64,000 nucleotides of DNA, taken from the NCBI RefSeq assembly GCF_001194135.2, contig NC_068991.1, positions 78,020,504 to 78,084,503 on the forward strand. The letters are read 5' to 3'. This DNA comes from Octopus bimaculoides (Eukaryota). A model generated the notes under the pieces. That model was not told where the DNA came from, did no database searches, and was given only the letters and a program-made list of their open reading frames with translations. The position numbers and the translations under genes are program-made. Position 1 is the first letter of the stretch. Each line of letters begins with the position of its first letter. Below are positions 61,870 through 64,000 of the stretch, piece after piece.

Positions 61870-62726
61870 CATTATATTATATTATATTATATCATATATT
61901 CTGTATATATGCCCACAAACACACATACAGATACGTACGTACATACACACATAATACATACAAACATACATACATACATACATACATACATACATACATA
62001 CATACATACATACATACTTAAAGAGACTTCCTCTGATACTCTCCGTAAATGAATGCCTTAATATTCATTCCACAACAAATATAAAACTCTTTGTTCTTAG
62101 TTTAAAGCAAACCAATATTTGTTTTAATATATGTGAGGAGAAAGAAATGAGAGATAGAGAGAGGGGAAGGGAAAGAAAGTGAGACAGACAGAGAGAGAGG
62201 GAGAGAGAAAGAAAGCTAGAGAGTGAGAAAGAGGCTGTGAGGAGATGGAAAACATAAAATTTTCGTCTGTAATGCCGGCATATCAATGACTGCAACATAA
62301 AAGATTTTTTTAGTTCGAGTTAAAGGCCACTACCATGCAAGAGAAGTCAATAAAATTGTTTGACGTTTATGCGTCAGTAATGTAGTAAATAAGTTGAAGT
62401 GATTTTAACCGGAAGTTAAAACCAATTCAAAGAATCTGGTTTCCGGCAGCGCTCTCTCTCTTTTACTTTACAATGACTGACATTTGACATAATAAAAGGA
62501 TTTCTCGTTATTGCTAACATTCTTTTATCACTGAAGGTTGGACTTTCGAATTCACTTTTGTTATACTCCTGATTAATTAATTAATTAACTAATTAGTTAA
62601 TTGTTAATCCCACCACCGCCTGCATTTATGTAATTGCAGTTAGACTTCATAAGATTTTTAAAATCTTGATTTCTGGCTTTGAGGCAAACAATATGAGAGT
62701 TATTTTCTCAGCCGCTTTTATTCCTT

Positions 62727-62879
62727 TTAACCTTCAGTGACGATTTTGTGAGCCGCACTTTCTGCCAGTTAATGAGCTATAAACATAAAACCATGTGACC
62801 GCTTGTTTTACGTTTTCCATGAGCAGAATAAAACAAATCAGGTCCACTGAGCGTACTCGCGGCAGGTTCAAAGGGTTAA
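62727..62879. mobile_element. Possible TTAA-flanked MITE (piggyBac-like ends)
   Basis: TTAA-CCTTCAG...GGTTCAAAGGG-TTAA with imperfect TIRs. Confidence 0.35.
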
Positions 62880-63830
62880 ATACATTATGTACTTCTTAAA
62901 ATGTATGCATACATAGTAGCTCTCTTTTGTCTGTGGAATGAAACTAGATTTTTAGGGCAAAACATAGGGATATGTTGAAGCTCATAATTACCTTGAGGCG
63001 GCGGAGAATTTCTGGTGTAAATGAAGTAAAATGGAGTCAGCAGTGAAAAAAAAAAAAAAGAAAGACTGGAGAGCCGACGAGGGATTTTCTATTTAGTGAT
63101 ACGAGCCAGACTCTCTTTGGTGACAAGAGCTAATGAGAATGTCTTTATGTAGTTGCACGTACCTATGAGGGAAACTCATTGTAGTAGCACGACCCAATGA
63201 GGGATCCTCTTTGTGGTAGCCTGAATCATTGAAGGAGCCCTTATGTCAACGATTCCCAGCCTGGTATCCTGCGGTTTTCATGAAAATTGTACAGAGAAGC
63301 CTTGGAGCTGTATTCAAAATTGCTAAAAGTTTGCGGTGTAAAATGTCTAATTAATCAATTAATTATAACAATTCAGTCTGACATATTTTTGAGTCGAGAG
63401 ATGAAACTGGGAAAGCAAGAACGAATTTGTTCTTTGCTAATAAAATTGTATTTCCAAAGCTTAGAGTCTGTAGAAAAATCCATTTAAAAAAGAGGGGTCT
63501 TTGGTTAGGAAATGAGAATTGTTGTTCCGCATGGTAGAATGAGCCATTAAATGACCAATTTTACTTATCCTAAAACTTAGAAATGATGTTTCCCAATTTT
63601 ACAGCTGAAAGATACGAAGAGCTATGTGCTGTAGGAGCGTATAGATTTTGTCATAAAATGAATGAGTAAACATTACGACGATGACGGAGTGGTTAAGAGG
63701 TTCCTTTTTAAACAATGTGGTTTCGTATACGATGTGGATGATCGATTCCATTGCGCGACACGTAGGCGTGTTCGACCTTCTCATAATCCCAACCACATAC
63801 TTTAATCTCTTCAATAAAAGCTGGAAGGAA

Positions 63831-64000
63831 GGCGGCGAGATGGCAGAATCATTAGTACACCGGGGAGGGGCGGGGGAATGCTTAGCGGCATTTTGTTCAT
63901 CTTTATGTTCTGAGTTCAAACTCCACCGAGGTCGACTTTGCCCTTTTGGGGATCAATAAAATAAGTATCAGGTAAGTACCAGTGTCGATATAATCGACTT
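63831..64000 (+). mobile_element. tRNA-SINE family A copy running off the window end
   Basis: GGCGGCGAGATGGCAGAATCATTAG..CTGAGTTCAAACTCCACCGAGGTCGACTTTGCC..ATAAAATAAGTA. Confidence 0.85.

Overview
This is an AT-rich, repeat-dominated animal genomic window with about 15 N gaps (largest 2271-3179, 13926-14707, 31837-32326, 57114-57901). Its SINE and LINE content and very high microsatellite density fit a coleoid cephalopod, probably Octopus; this is an inference from repeat content. I found no host protein-coding exon that I can identify, and most ORFs in the track are microsatellite or gap artefacts. Supported content: (i) dozens of tRNA-derived SINE copies from at least four families, including a pile-up at 17.8-19.5 kb; (ii) LINE remnants of the RTE clade (one young copy with a PHD-like finger), the CR1 clade, and RLE-bearing clades, including a 2.6 kb Dong/R4-like element inside a (TAA)n array and a (TACA)n-tailed family; (iii) a decayed mariner transposase and several MITEs; (iv) minimal type I hammerhead ribozyme motifs of the kind associated with Penelope-like elements, one intact (61129-61174, minus) and one with a mutated core (50138-50173, plus); (v) a sharply bounded CpG-depleted domain (about 10.5-24.7 kb) followed by a CpG-retaining zone with promoter and first-exon-like signals (25-29.4 kb). 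Coordinates of old repeats are approximate because they were read by eye.
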